This document shows positions 15,873-28,409 of a DNA stretch of 64,000 nt, piece after piece. The notes under the pieces are model-generated. The model made no database searches, was not told where the DNA came from, and was given only the letters and a program-made list of their open reading frames with translations. The stretch covers positions 17,546,001 through 17,610,000 of the forward strand of contig OZ059896.1 in NCBI GenBank assembly GCA_964057225.1, given 5' to 3'. Origin of the DNA: Auanema rhodensis. Taxonomy: Eukaryota > Animalia > Nematoda. Numbering within the stretch: position 1 is the stretch's first letter; every line of letters starts with the position of its first letter. Made by a program: the position numbers and the translations under genes.

Positions 15873-16796
15873 TGCGCAAGTTTGAATTTCTTCCTGGGTA
15901 AATTCAACAATATCATTAAAAATACATTCAAAAAGGTCTTTGTTAGCATTTCTTCTACGCCACATAAACTCACAGAGGTAACCATTTAACATATTTTGAT
16001 GAACCCCATGCATGCGATTGAATTTAGCTTTAGCTAAACCCCACAGGCCTTTAATTATATTGGTATTAGCTCCGGTCTCGGGATCTGTGAAGTTATACCT
16101 ATGATTAACTGTTAAATGCCTATAATCTTGTAAAAGACTATCAATACCCCCAATCTCCAGCAATCACTGACTATGGTGCTTTCGCGCTCGATACAGTTAA
16201 TGACACAGCTGTTTAAAGTTTCTGTACTTCTATTAGAAACGGCAAATAAAAAGCAATCCCTTGTTTCCTTACATACCCCTGCGACCAATCATTGCGCTGG
16301 CCTTATCCTACCTATATTAAACTTTCTACGAGAAACTAACGTTTCATCGATTTCAACATTCAAATTAGGACCTCCAATCATTAGAGGATGCTTTAAAATA
16401 TTAAATGCGCAAACTTCTATCATGAAGTTATTATTATCCATGGCTGTTTTGCAAGAGCCTATTCTTAACTCATCTAGACAGAACTTAACAGTAGTGTATT
16501 CCTTGCTCCAGCAGTATACGAAAAGAATGAACTTGGTATTTCCAATTTTTGAACCTAAAATATTATTGTTGATAATATATAGATTTCAACTTTATACCTT
16601 GAAGAAATGTTCCATTTTTTATTAAAATTTCCCTTCTACAGTTTCTTCTGGTACATCTCCGCTTATTTCGAGCAGTAGAAAGAGTCATTTGTCGTGTACA
16701 TCGGTCATATTCTTTAGTTTGAGGGATTACACCCTTCTCTTGCAGAAATTGAATGGCATCAGCTTCAGTACAAAGTCTTTCTTTTAGAACGAACAT
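15873..16796 (-). pseudogene. Merlin/ISXO2-like transposase pseudogene
   Basis: VEIDET, IVSDCWR, TVNHRYNFTDPETGANTN, YLCEFMWRRR; intron, stop and frameshift. Confidence 0.88.
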
Positions 16797-17096
16797 TTAG
16801 ACGAAGTATGGTTGATAATGCAGATGCAATGACCAATAATGATTCAGTTTTTGTATCATAATATATTCGAATTTTATTGTTATTATGATATGATGATCAG
16901 AAGAAACGGAAAATTAAGTAACCCGGACATTGATATTAGCTCAGTTTCTCTCAGAGCCCAGAGGGATATCAGTCCCAAACCGCAGATCTCATTCTCACAC
17001 AAGAGGCCCAGAAAAAATTAAAACATTCGGAAATAAAACAATTCCGCACCACCAAGGACCACAACGGATTTCGTGTAATTCAAACACGTTTATTAA

Positions 17097-18632
17097 CACA
17101 TTCCGGACGGCGTGACCCAGCATTGGGTCACGGTCGGTAAATTACGTACAAAAAATTAAAAAATTAAAAAAATAGATTTTATTTGTTAATTTCAATATTA
17201 CGTTAATAAACAACACGGAAATGATCGAAAAAAGTGAAATGATACAAAACTAAGATAAAATGATTAAAAAAAACTGTCAATTTTTCTATCAATTTTTGTT
17301 CATTTTTCAACGTACGGTATACTTTAAACTTGATCTATTTATGCTTAAAAAATTTACTGTGATTAGATATCTAGTTGAATGAAAGATGAAATATCACTCT
17401 TCACATACCTAAAATTTTGATTCATAGATCCGTTTATTTTTGAAGTTATGCCCCCACCATTTTGCTTATATCATCTATAAAATAATAACATTTATAAAAA
17501 AAATTATTTTTCAATACACGAATGTGAACAAGACGTAAAAGAATTTAGAGAATAAGGTTTCAAATATTCACTACACATGTTCCTTGTTTTCTTGGTTGAT
17601 GCCGATGCTTCTTTTCTGTTCTTTCCTTCTCGCTCTTGTGCATAACATCCAAAACAGCGCTTTCTATCATCCGGCCTTTTTTCCATGTTCACAAGAAGGG
17701 GTCGCGGTCCATCTTCTCTAGCGTCTTTCATCGAGTCAAAATGAAGAAGATCTTCTATAATTTTGATTTTGAAAGCCGTTATAAAGATTTTGGCATCAGG
17801 AGACATTTGGTTAAAGAGAACCCATGCGTTAACCATACTAGTTTGAATTATAATATGGTAAAACAATCTGATGTACCATTTCTTCGTCTTTCTTATGAAA
17901 ACACTGTGAGTGGCCATTTGATCACTAGTATCTACGAATAATTTTGCATTATTATAGTCGTCGACAACTGTTGGTTTCCTCCTTCCGAGTTGGAAAGAAC
18001 TATCGTGATGAGTAGATAGCATGTAGATTTCCCGTTTATCCTGCCACTTGAAAATTGAAACAATTCCATTTTTTTTGCTGTGAAATCATTCCTCCTCTTT
18101 GAAGCTTGGTGTTTTTGATCTTAGCGGGAATACCAATCCGATTTTTACTTATAGTTCCTATCAGATATGTTCCTTCGCTGAACAGTTTTTCAGCTAGAGA
18201 GATGGTGGTATACCAGTTGTCCGTGAAAAGATGCCTGCCAGCATGCAGAAGGTTTTCAGTCAATCTCATTACGACGGTATCGGCAATTGTTCCTGTTCTC
18301 TCAACCTCTTTTCCTGTGTATACAATTGTTTTGTATGTGTATCCTTGAGGACAACACAGTTTAAACAATTTCAGTCCAAAACGATGATGTTTCTGAGGTA
18401 TGTATTGCTTGAAAACGATCCGTCCTCGGAATGGAACAATCGACTCATCTATGCAGATCTGTTTTCCTGGCATGCATGCATTAGCAGCACTATCGTTGAA
18501 CATCTTCAGAATTGGCTCAATCTTGAACAACCTGTTGTTCTTGTTTTTTTCTGTATCAGCATTGTTCACAAAATGTAATGACCGGAAAATTTGTTCAAAT
18601 TTTTCACGACTCATTACTTTAGAACCGATCGC
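17097..18632 (-). mobile_element. 5'-truncated piggyBac-like element filling the spacer of inverted repeat 1
   Basis: MSREKFEQIFRSLHF, CIDESIVPFRGR, LFTDNWYT, DYNNAKLFVDTSDQ, decayed C-terminal Cys domain; TTAA followed by CACATTCCGG and a subterminal palindrome CGTGACCCA-gcat-TGGGTCACG (17111-17132). Confidence 0.88.
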
Positions 18633-18765
18633 TGTCCGGGTTACTTAATTTTCCGTTTCTTCTGATCATCATATCATAATAACAATAAAATTCTAATATA
18701 TTATGATACAAAAACTGAATCATTATTGGTCATTGCATCTGCATTATCAACCATACTTCGTCTAA

Positions 18766-19689
18766 ATGTTCGTTCTAAAAGAAAGACTTTGTACTGAAGC
18801 TGATGCCATTCAATTTCTGCAAGAGAAGGGTGTAATCCCTCAAACTAAAGAATATGACCGATGTACACGACAAATGACTCTTTCTACTGCTCGAAATAAG
18901 CGGAGATGTACCAGAAGAAACTGTAGAAGGGAAATTTTAATAAAAAATGGAACATTTCTTCAAGGTATAAAGTTGAAATCTATATATTATCAACAATAAT
19001 ATTTTAGGTTCAAAAATTGGAAATACCAAGTTCATTCTTTTCGTATACTGCTGGAGCAAGGAATACACTACTGTTAAGTTCTGTCTAGATGAGTTAAGAA
19101 TAGGCTCTTGCAAAACAGCCATGGATAATAATAACTTCATGAGAGAAGTTTGCGCATTTAATATTTTAAAGCATCCTCTAATGATTGGAGGTCCTAATTT
19201 GAATGTTGAAATCGATGAAACGTTAGTTTCTCGTAGAAAGTTTAATATAGGTAGGATAAGGCCAGCGCAATGATTGGTCGCAGGGGTATGTAAGGAAACA
19301 AGGGATTGCTTTTTATTTGCCGTTTCTAATAGAAGTACAGAAACTTTAAACAGCTGTGTCATTAACTGTATCGAGCGCGAAAGCACCATAGTCAGTGATT
19401 GCTGGAGATTGGGGGTATTGATAGTCTTTTACAAGATTATAGGCATTTAACAGTTAATCATAGGTATAACTTCACAGATCCCGAGACCGGAGCTAATACC
19501 AATATAATTAAAGGCCTGTGGGGTTTAGCTAAAGCTAAATTCAATCGCATGCATGGGGTTCATCAAAATATGTTAAATGGTTACCTCTGTGAGTTTATGT
19601 GGCGTAGAAGAAATGCTAACAAAGACCTTTTTGAATGTATTTTTAATGATATTGTTGAATTTACCCAGGAAGAAATTCAAACTTGCGCA
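18766..19689 (+). pseudogene. Merlin/ISXO2-like transposase pseudogene, mirror copy
   Basis: Inverted duplicate of 15873-16796. Confidence 0.88.
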
Positions 19690-19944
19690 AATGAATATTT
19701 TATTTTTCAAGCTCTTTTCTAGCAAACATTGATTTGTGGGAACCATAGGATACCATTTCAGAAACATGAAAGAAGAAAGTTGAGTTTTGATATCGAAATG
19801 ACATTTCATATTGTTCAACAACTCGTTTCCATAAAAGTTACAAGTAAGAAAATCAAAACATTCTTTTCTGGATAATCCAAAATTCTATTGGCCGGGGAAA
19901 GATTGATTTCTCCAGCGTTATTCGAAAGTACTCTGAAAGGGTTT

Positions 19945-21555
19945 GAGACGTTTCGTCGTCTCCTATTTTTACAACCTCTCCCTAGCAAGCATAACGGTCG
20001 TAAATTATACCACACGTGTTGTACTATCAGTTTTTAGTTGTTTAGACTTCTAAAAATTACCCAAAACTTAAACAGTTCACAAAAAATTAAGGTTTTTAAT
20101 ATAAACAGCAAGGAGGTTTTTGTGTTAAAAAAAGATATGGTTCAAAAAATTTATTAGAGTTTAATTTTTCAATTTAAATGCTTTAAAAATAAGATTTTCT
20201 AGTGTTAAACTTCGCCATCTCCTCGACATATGCTATTATTTCCTCCTGATTAGGCAGTCGGTTATTAGAGATGTTCCTGAAGTTTTCAAACTGGACCTCA
20301 ATCCGTTGTTGCCTTTCAATTACGTTTTTTCTTTTTTCCTAGCAGGCTCAACAATCGATGACGAGCGATCAGGACATGATTAGCCATCAAATTTTCACCA
20401 TGAAAAAAATAATTAATTCAGAAAGCTCATTTTAAAGTTCATTTTACGGTGAAAAGATTCAACATTATTAGATGTACTGAACTGTTTTATGTCTTATTTG
20501 CTCCAATAATGTCTCAAAGGTCCTTCAATCCATGTTTCATTCACATAACTGATCATTTGAAGACAAGAAGAATATGATGGAAGATCAGAAAAAACGGGAG
20601 AATTAAGTAACCCGGATATTGATATTAGCTCAGTTTGAAGAAAGAGCGAGCCCGACAGCCTACCATGCCATTGTTTGATTTCAATGGATAGCTTCTCTGC
20701 TTGTGTCAAACCCAGTTGAAGGAACCGTCTGTTCAAGCTCTGAGCATAATGGAATAAACATCCTTGAACAGAATGAAAAATAGTTTCAACTTCCCTTATT
20801 ACAGAGATTTCAAAATCACAGATAAAAATAAGGTTTTCAACTATGCAGCCAACGTTGGAGAGAGCAAGAACAACATGTTGAAGATGCCTTCTATATGTGA
20901 ACCTAGTTTTATTTTTTTAATGGAATAAAAAAGTGGTACAGTGGTTTCATTTCACTGCAACCACCCATGATGGTATATAATTGCTTCATATTCAAAGGCT
21001 GGTATTTGAAACAACCGTCCCCAAGTTGAGTTAAGCAGTTGAGTTAAACCATTCTGATTAGCTAGTTCCAAACAAAATAAAAATGAAACTCGCTGTCATG
21101 AAAATGCAAGAACGTACAACCATTGATAGTTTTAGACAAAGACAGAGAACATTGGTCATGGATGTTCTTATGTCTTTACGAGAACTTAATGCCCTTGTAA
21201 TAGCTCTCCGTCTACTATCATAGCCACCATGAAACCAGGCAGAGGAAACTTCTTGCTTTTCATGCTCTTCTAACTCAGATTCATGAAATATTTTTTTTAT
21301 TTCATTGACAAATAAGGAATAAGCTTTCATCTCAAAACATGAGTCTGAATTTTTGATATTCTGAGTTAGAGAGTATGTGATATTTTTGCATTTGTTAATA
21401 GAAAACAAAAATATATCACAATGATGGTTTTGAGCAACAGGATTTTCGAGAAATACATTATTTTCTACTTTGATAGAAGTTTTGAAGATAGAGGGCTCTT
21501 CAAATAGCCTCCCAGGTTCACACTTTCTATTCTATGCCCTGGTAACTTAAAAGAC
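19945..21555 (-). mobile_element. Degenerate MULE, mirror copy
   Basis: Inverted duplicate of 14007-15617. Confidence 0.8.
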
Positions 21556-21645
21556 TGTTAGAGGAAGAAAGATTCATTCATATGTCATTCAGATATACAT
21601 AATACAGAATATAAGGACTAAAATAAAAAAAAATAAAAAAATATA

Positions 21646-22345
21646 CAGTCCTGTGCAAAAAACCTCGGACAAAAATATCTTAGAGGCCCCAGAAACCCCT
21701 TCAAACTACAAAAAAATTTTTTTTTTAATTTCATAAGTTTCGTAATGTCACATAGTATATATTCAGTCAAAATATATGTTAATATAATGAAAATTGATTT
21801 CAATATTTTTTTCTAAATTTATAAGGAAAAATAGTGTTTTTTGACTATTTTGAATAATTCATCTTAATATAACAAAATTTGAGATTAGGAACATGTTAAT
21901 TCATTAAAAAATATTTTAAAATGATTCTAAGCACAAAGCTCAATCAATAACTAAGTTTTTCCTATGGCATAGCTTCAAACAAGTAAGCTTCAGCATCTGA
22001 ATCTTACCGAATATCTATGAAGATAACTTGGTTAACATACAACCAAATTCTCCCGTTTAAAAGAAAAATAGACGTTTAGTGTATTCCTAACATTCTATCA
22101 AAAGATTATTTCTGAAGTCTTGATGAAACTTCTGAAATTCAAGAAAGAAGACTTCTAGCAGTTTATGAAAATTTCGGAGACTCCAAAAAATACTTTTGAA
22201 CATGATTTTTAAAACTTTAAAGATTTTTTCTGAATTCGTTATCAATTTTTAACACTCAAAATGTATTTTTTCTGATTTTTTGTAGTTTGTCTGAGAAGGT
22301 ATAAGGGATTCTAAAAGTTGTCCGAGGTTTTTTTGCACATGACTG
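21646..22345. mobile_element. Tc1-type MITE, mirror copy
   Basis: Inverted duplicate of 13217-13916. Confidence 0.85.
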
Positions 22346-22351
22346 TATATA

Positions 22352-23539
22352 CACTCTGGTGCAAAATAATGTAACATTGAAAAATGTCATAATAATTTTG
22401 TTATTTTTAAAGCAAATTTTTTCATATAATAACCATAAATAGTATCATAAAATATACACATAATAATAATAAAAACCAATTGTAAAACATGCTTGTAAAA
22501 TTTTTTTGGCTAAATGATGTTTTTTTGAAAAAATCCTTGATTATTGTTTCTAAAACATAACTTCATAACTTTTGCTGTGAATCAAGGTTAGATTTTTTTT
22601 TCTCAATTTTTTGAAAGCCTCATGTTTTGACTACAGAATGTCCCCTAAGGTAGATTTATCAGTTGGGGAAAAACCCAAATTGACTCTTTTCGCCGATTTG
22701 GTATGAGTCATGAACAAATCGCTCAAGAACTCGGAAGATCTCGATCCACGATAACTAGATATCTGTTACGTGGTACAACTGAAAGTAAGAGAAGCGAATC
22801 TGGTAGGAAACAAATCCTCACTTGACAGACGCAGTATAATCCGTCTTGCGTCTAATAGTGAGCGAAGCTGTACAGAAATTGGACGAATTCTGAATCTCAC
22901 CGTTTCACGATGGACCATCCGGAAAGTGTTAGAGGAAGCTGAAAATATCAGACGTTCTAGAATGTTAAAAGCTCCGTTCCTGACACCCGCACACAAAATT
23001 AAGAGGCTAACTTTTGCTGATTTAAATCTTGGCCGTGATTGGTCCAAAGTAAGACGCGTGAAAAATAAATTGAGCTGTTTTTTATTGTTATAGATTATAT
23101 TCTCTGATGAGAAAAAGTTCAACTTAGACGGACCAGACTTAGTAAAGCGAATTTATTCTGAGGGAAAACAGTGAAAATACAAGAACCCTCAGAGCGGCTA
23201 TACTCGAATCATGGGAAAATGTCTCGTTAGAAATTTGTTCTAACTTGATAGACAGCATGGCAAGACGTATGTCCGAAGTTCGTCTAAAACTTGGAGGACC
23301 CACTTCCTTTTGAATATAAAAAAATTTTGTTTTAAATTCATCATGTTATCTACTCTAATATCACAAAAATATTTTTTCTCAATTTTCTCAATTATACTCA
23401 TTTCTTTTTAGCCTTTTTTTGAAATAAATACTTCTTATTAAAATAAACTTCAAAATCATGAACAAAGAAACAATTCATAAAAATAAAATCTCGAAAAAAA
23501 AGTAATCGAAAAAATGTTACATTATTTTGCACCAGAGTG
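22352..23539 (+). mobile_element. Tc3-like deleted element, mirror copy
   Basis: Inverted duplicate of 12024-13210. Confidence 0.88.
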
Positions 23540-23622
23540 TATATAATAAGACTAGATAAAGTACATAGAAGACTAGAGTGAGTGTAATAAGACTAGATAT
23601 ACATCACTAATGAAACTAGAGA

Positions 23623-26612
23623 TAGTCTTACTAAAGGACAAGGATAAAACGGTGGTTCAGACCAGATGAGTCATACGATAAAGACAGCAACGAGGAGAGA
23701 GAAAAGCGACCGTCGGTGATGGTGATATAAAACAGAGTGCCCCGTGGATCTCAGATCAAAGCGAGATGGTATCCCATTGCTTGAGAGATGAATAATCGCA
23801 TTCGCGATATTCCGGGCCAGAGGAGAAATCAGCTGTGATTTCATTCCGCTGGTTCCTCCGCAAACTGCAGCTTGCATAATACGCCGGGATGGTCATGGTC
23901 CAGTCCACTTCCTTTGCACACATGTCAGATCTTCTTCAACTTCTCCAAGCACGGTTTTCCAAAGGGGTTCCGTAAACACTTAACACACAAGTTAATCAAC
24001 TTGCAACGCTTGACGCGTTGGGTCGCAGTCTTGTAGACTGTGCATTTTCCCATGGTGTGGCCCTTCTTCCAACAAAGTTGGGATTTCATGTCTTCGTCCA
24101 TTTTCTGTACTTAGTCTTGATGTTTTTCCGCTTCTTGGGAACAGAAGATTGTTTAGGCATGGCAGGTGCCTCTGTTATACCATTATCTTGAAGTTGGTCG
24201 AGCGAATCGCTCAGATCTTTGATCTTGTCAAGACTGAAATTATTATGTATTTCTTATACGAAGTATACCTCCCCCGGGCAAGATAAAAAAAATTGTTAAA
24301 CTATATGTTGATTGTAAAATTATAATTGAATAATCTGTTGCTATGGTATGGAAACAAAAAATCTAAGAATCATGTGACATTGAACTGTTGACTGGTCAGT
24401 CAGAGTGCGTGTCCTTAGTCACTGTGTAACGCGTGGCTCGAACTACAACTTTCAGAAGCATTTGAATCATGAAAAAGATGATTCGAAATGGAACTGCGCA
24501 AATAATGAGTATTTGAAATGATATGAATGCTAAAAGAGCAGATGTACTTGACAAATGAAAGATGCGGTCAAGCATGGCTGTTACAAAGCCGAGTACCATG
24601 ACTAATATACCTATTAGTATCAGAACCCTTTTTAGGTAACCGGAATAAAACAAAACGAGTGAACTGATCAAGTGACTGGGTAAAGAGATCTGCGGTATGT
24701 TGAACTTGGCGTTCATGAGATTGAATGTGTTATTCGGTGAGACGATTGTTGGATACCGCTGTTTTCTTCTACGTACAAGTGACCCTTGAGATGTAGTGTT
24801 GCTGAGTTGCACAGATGAGTACAAGCTATTAAAGGTGTAGATGAGTTGCTATGTATGCGAACGGAGTTGTTGTACCCGTGAGAAGAGCATGTGATCAGAA
24901 ATTCTTCATTATCGCACGAGAGTCGAATGCGTGAGAAAACACTTCGGCAGTTAATGACTGTTGTTGCTCCAAGGACACAGTCAAAGCAACCAGTTAGGTC
25001 AGTGGAGTAGAGTTTGCAGGATGAAGAAGTGTTCTCATATTCATAAGTGATTTCGGAGATGTTGGTCCACATTTTAATGACTGCACTGACGGGATAAGCG
25101 AAAATTGAGTTTTTCTTGTAACTCATAGTGAAAGATAGAAGAGATAGCGGTAGCGTATAGTTATTATCATAGAATTCGCGAACATTGTTGTTTATGCAAT
25201 AGCAAGTTTCGACTGTTTCGGCTGGTCTGCATGAATAGGTATCTGTTTCAGTACACTCGGAGAATGGGTCAGCGGTTTTACCTTTTCCGCACGAATATGA
25301 AAATGTAGCAGAGTGAGGTAAAATTGCAATTCTTGAGTTGGAAGTAATGAATCGTCTATGGAGGATTTCATTATCAGAATATGTTACTCCAACAAGAGTA
25401 ATATGGTATCCTTTAATAATTTTTGTATAATGTGGTAAGAATGAGATGTGTGAGATTGTTTCAGTTTTGTTCTCTATAGTTGAATGGATACTAATTTGGA
25501 GAAAAACCTTAGGTGTCCATCGTGAGCAGTAGAAAACTTTGTGTGTGATATTGTGATTGGTAACATGAAAGTTGCGATAAAAGAGACAACCAGAAGTCGG
25601 CAACGCACAACCGCATGATAGAAATCCACAAATTTCTGAACAATAGCTGGTACCCGGATATTGGTTAGCTGATGAGAGTTCGGAGATCGATGTATTGGGC
25701 CGAACGTTCGCACAAAATGATCCTACACAAGAGCCCATATGGGGACACCGTTTGGCGGATTCAGTTTTAACGATGGTGTGACTTCTAAAAAATTTTGGCG
25801 TATGATCGGTTTGAATGTAAAGTTGTAAAACATACCACATTGTCGTAAGTAAGGAGGGTGGTGGAGGTGCTGACTTGGTGGACTTGGTGGGTAGGTGATA
25901 AGTTCGAGACGGAGTTGCCTGGAACATGTGATATACTCGGAGGAAATAGTACATGAATTAACTACGAGAGATTCAATTTAAAAAATGACGATAATTGCAA
26001 CCAAAAGATACCCGACTCAGTGAACTAATCGGTCACGTTGTCGTGAGTGTTTCGAGGGCGTAAATTTCTGCCATCGAGGTAGCTTCTGAGAGCTGAGTGG
26101 AACGTACTCGAGTACCGATCGTTCTTCCTGAATAGAGATATGATGTTTTATATGAGAGGGGATACGATTGAGTGATCATACGCCAAACGAAAAAAAAAGT
26201 GTATTGCATAATCTGAACAAATTTTTCAGAACAAATTCGGATGAGTACGATGCTCAAAAGAATGCCAAAGAGAATGAGCCATATAATGAGGGCGGTCGCC
26301 GAGAGTGCTGCGTATGGGAAACAAGAGGGGTTGTGGATTAGTTCAAGACAGAACAGACATTGAATCATTTCTCAAAACGGAGTTGCTGAACAGTCAAGTT
26401 GATGCAAGCGAATGTGTCATTTTTATCGATAATATGTCGTGAGATAAATGTGTGATCATGCAGCACAACGTGAGCTGGAAATACTATGGTGAAGTTGGGA
26501 GTACTGGGGTTGTAGTCTACACATGTTTCTCGGGCACAAACTCGGATGGGATGTCCCGTACCGCAGTTGGATATACCTACTCCTCCTTTGATGCAAGAGA
26601 ACTGGCAGATGG
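23623..26612 (-). mobile_element. Truncated, divergent BEL/Pao element 3: Gn-Gc env pseudogene (about 24400-26612), decayed 3' knuckle ORF (about 23840-24230), PPT and LTR start at 23809
   Basis: Gc motifs KRCPHMGSC, YPGTSYCSEICGFLSCGC..SGCLFYR, LTGCFDCVLGA; Gn motifs CIKGGV, IQCLFC..IHNPSC plus TM; GGCCCGGAA followed by TATCGCG. The LTR may extend to 21556 across the nested Tc3 and MITE (inference). Confidence 0.85.
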
Positions 26613-27003
26613 GATTGCTATCGGATTGCTGGAGAAGCTATAATAATATCTCTAACTTAGGCTATAAGCAGTTGACTGTTAACCATAGTCACAATTTTGT
26701 AGATCCTTCGACCGGGGCAAACACTAACATGGTTGAAGGTATGTGGACTCAAGGGAAAAAAATTCAAAAAAATGAATGGGGTACCCAAACATTTTATTTA
26801 TATTTGATTGTATTTTAAAAGACATTGCTTTTTTCTCGAAAAAAATACATTTCATGGAGTTCAACATCTCGTTTCCAGAAAAGATACAAATAAGAAAATC
26901 AAAAACATTCTTTTCTGGATAATGCAAGATAATCTAGAACAAAGCTTAAAAAATAGAATATTCATTTTCAGAAAGCACAGGGTTCTTGAGAGCAAAAGAA
27001 AGT

Positions 27004-27074
27004 TGCATCGGCCGGGAATCGAACCCGGGTCGCCCGCGTGGCAGGCGAGCATTCTACCACTGAACCACCGATGC
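27004..27074 (-). tRNA. tRNA-Gly(GCC) copy 4
   Basis: Exact reverse complement of the 71-mer. Confidence 0.95.
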
Positions 27075-27258
27075 TACAAACCTTTCAGAGTACTTTCGAA
27101 TCACGCTGGAGAAATCAATCGTTCGGCCAATAGAATATTGGATTATCCAGAAAAGAATGTTTTTGATTTTCTCACTTGTAACTTTTATGGAAACGAGATT
27201 TTCAATACGGCGAAATGTATAAATTCATCATTTCGACCATTATCTGATGATAGTTACT

Positions 27259-27618
27259 TTAATACTTTCTGTTATCTATTGCCACTAAATTGTGATAACA
27301 ATAGAACTCAGAACTGTTGTTGTTGATTGATACAGTTCCACCCGTAAACTATACGGCGCGCAATCATCAATGGTCGGATAAAAAACAAGACCTTTCCGAG
27401 GCAGTGATGACTTTTTCTTTCCAACGCTTGAAATGAGAATAATCTTGATTACTTCCATAAAGAAGCTGAGCCAAAATATTTTGAAATTTGTATGCTTGTT
27501 TTGGTCTTAGAAATAAGTTCTGTGTAACTCAGAGGAAAATGTAACTCATAACTTTTTTGGAAACGAGATGTTGAACACGATGAAATGTATAAATTCATCA
27601 TTTCGATATCAAAACGCA
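27259..27618 (-). repeat. Older inverted copy of about 30126-30468 plus 40228-40251; contains the empty target site of element 1
   Basis: Reverse complement reads ...CACAATTTAGTGGCAATAGATAACAGAAAGTATTAA without interruption. Confidence 0.9.
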
Positions 27619-27627
27619 AAAGAAAGT

Positions 27628-27675
27628 TGCATCGGGCGGGAATCAAACCAGGGTCGCCCGCGTGGCAGGCGAGCA
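27628..27675 (-). pseudogene. Truncated, mutated tRNA-Gly remnant
   Basis: TGCATCGGGCGGGAATCAAACCAGGGTCGCCCGCGTGGCAGGCGAGCA; 5' third missing. Confidence 0.85.
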
Positions 27676-28400
27676 GGAAGTTTTTGTGTTAAAAAAATAT
27701 ATGTTTCAAAAAATTTATTAGAGTTTAATTTTTCAATTTAAATGATTTAAAATTAATATTTTTAGGTGTTAAACTTTGCTGCGTTAGAGAGAGGAAGAGC
27801 AACATGTTGAAGAAGCCTTCTATAAGTGAACCTAGTTTTATTTTTTTTAATGGAATAAAAAAATGGTACAGTTGTTTCATTTCACTGCAACCGCCCATGA
27901 TGGTATATGTTTGCTCCATATTCAAAGGCTGGTATTTGAGACAACAGTTGAGTTAAACCATCCTGATTAGCTAGTTCCAAACAAAATGTATCAAAATACA
28001 AATGAAGCTCACTGTCATGAAAATGCAAGAATATACGACCATTGATAGTTTTAGACAAGGTTCTTAAGTCTTTTGCTCCCATTGTGCAAACGAATAACGT
28101 CCGGTAATTCTCTGCGAGCTACAAATCTTATGAACGCATTGAGAAATGTGTTGGAGCTCATGTCATTGATTGGTTCGAGGTGAACTGCTCTAATCGTTAG
28201 ACATGTAAAGATTACGATATAGATCTGTTTGTTTTTTCTATATCCTGAATATGTTAATAAACGTGTTTGAATTACACGAAATCCGTTGTGGTCCTTGGTG
28301 GTGCAGAATTGTTTTATTTCAGAATGTTTTAATTTTTTCTGGGCCTCTTGTGTGAGAATCAGATCTGCGGTTTGGGACTGCTGCTTTTCCCTCTGGGCTC
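27676..28400 (-). mobile_element. MULE fragment joined to BEL/Pao pol/integrase fragments
   Basis: Same MULE-integrase junction as about 10385; YRKNKQIYIVIFTCLTIRAVHLEP; 28245-28400 matches about 16955-17107 inverted. Confidence 0.75.
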
Positions 28401-28409
28401 GTTCTAGTA

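Larger units (their letters stand above)
11941..16929 (+). repeat. Left arm of large inverted repeat 1 (pairs with 18633-23622)
   Basis: Mirror ORF coordinates sum to 35562; about a dozen substitutions and one indel seen by eye over ~4.99 kb. Confidence 0.95.
18633..23622 (-). repeat. Right arm of large inverted repeat 1
   Basis: Reverse complement of 11941-16929; 1.7-kb spacer 16930-18632. Confidence 0.95.

Noticed and set aside
11941-23622. Palindromes as pure library or assembly fold-back artefacts
   Set aside because: Arms differ by SNPs and indels, spacers are 1.7-1.9 kb, and older diverged inversions exist nearby. Considered unlikely, but long reads are still needed
24713-25954. Free endogenous bunyavirus segment
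   Set aside because: The glycoprotein is followed by a knuckle ORF, PPT and LTR start, i.e. it is retroelement env
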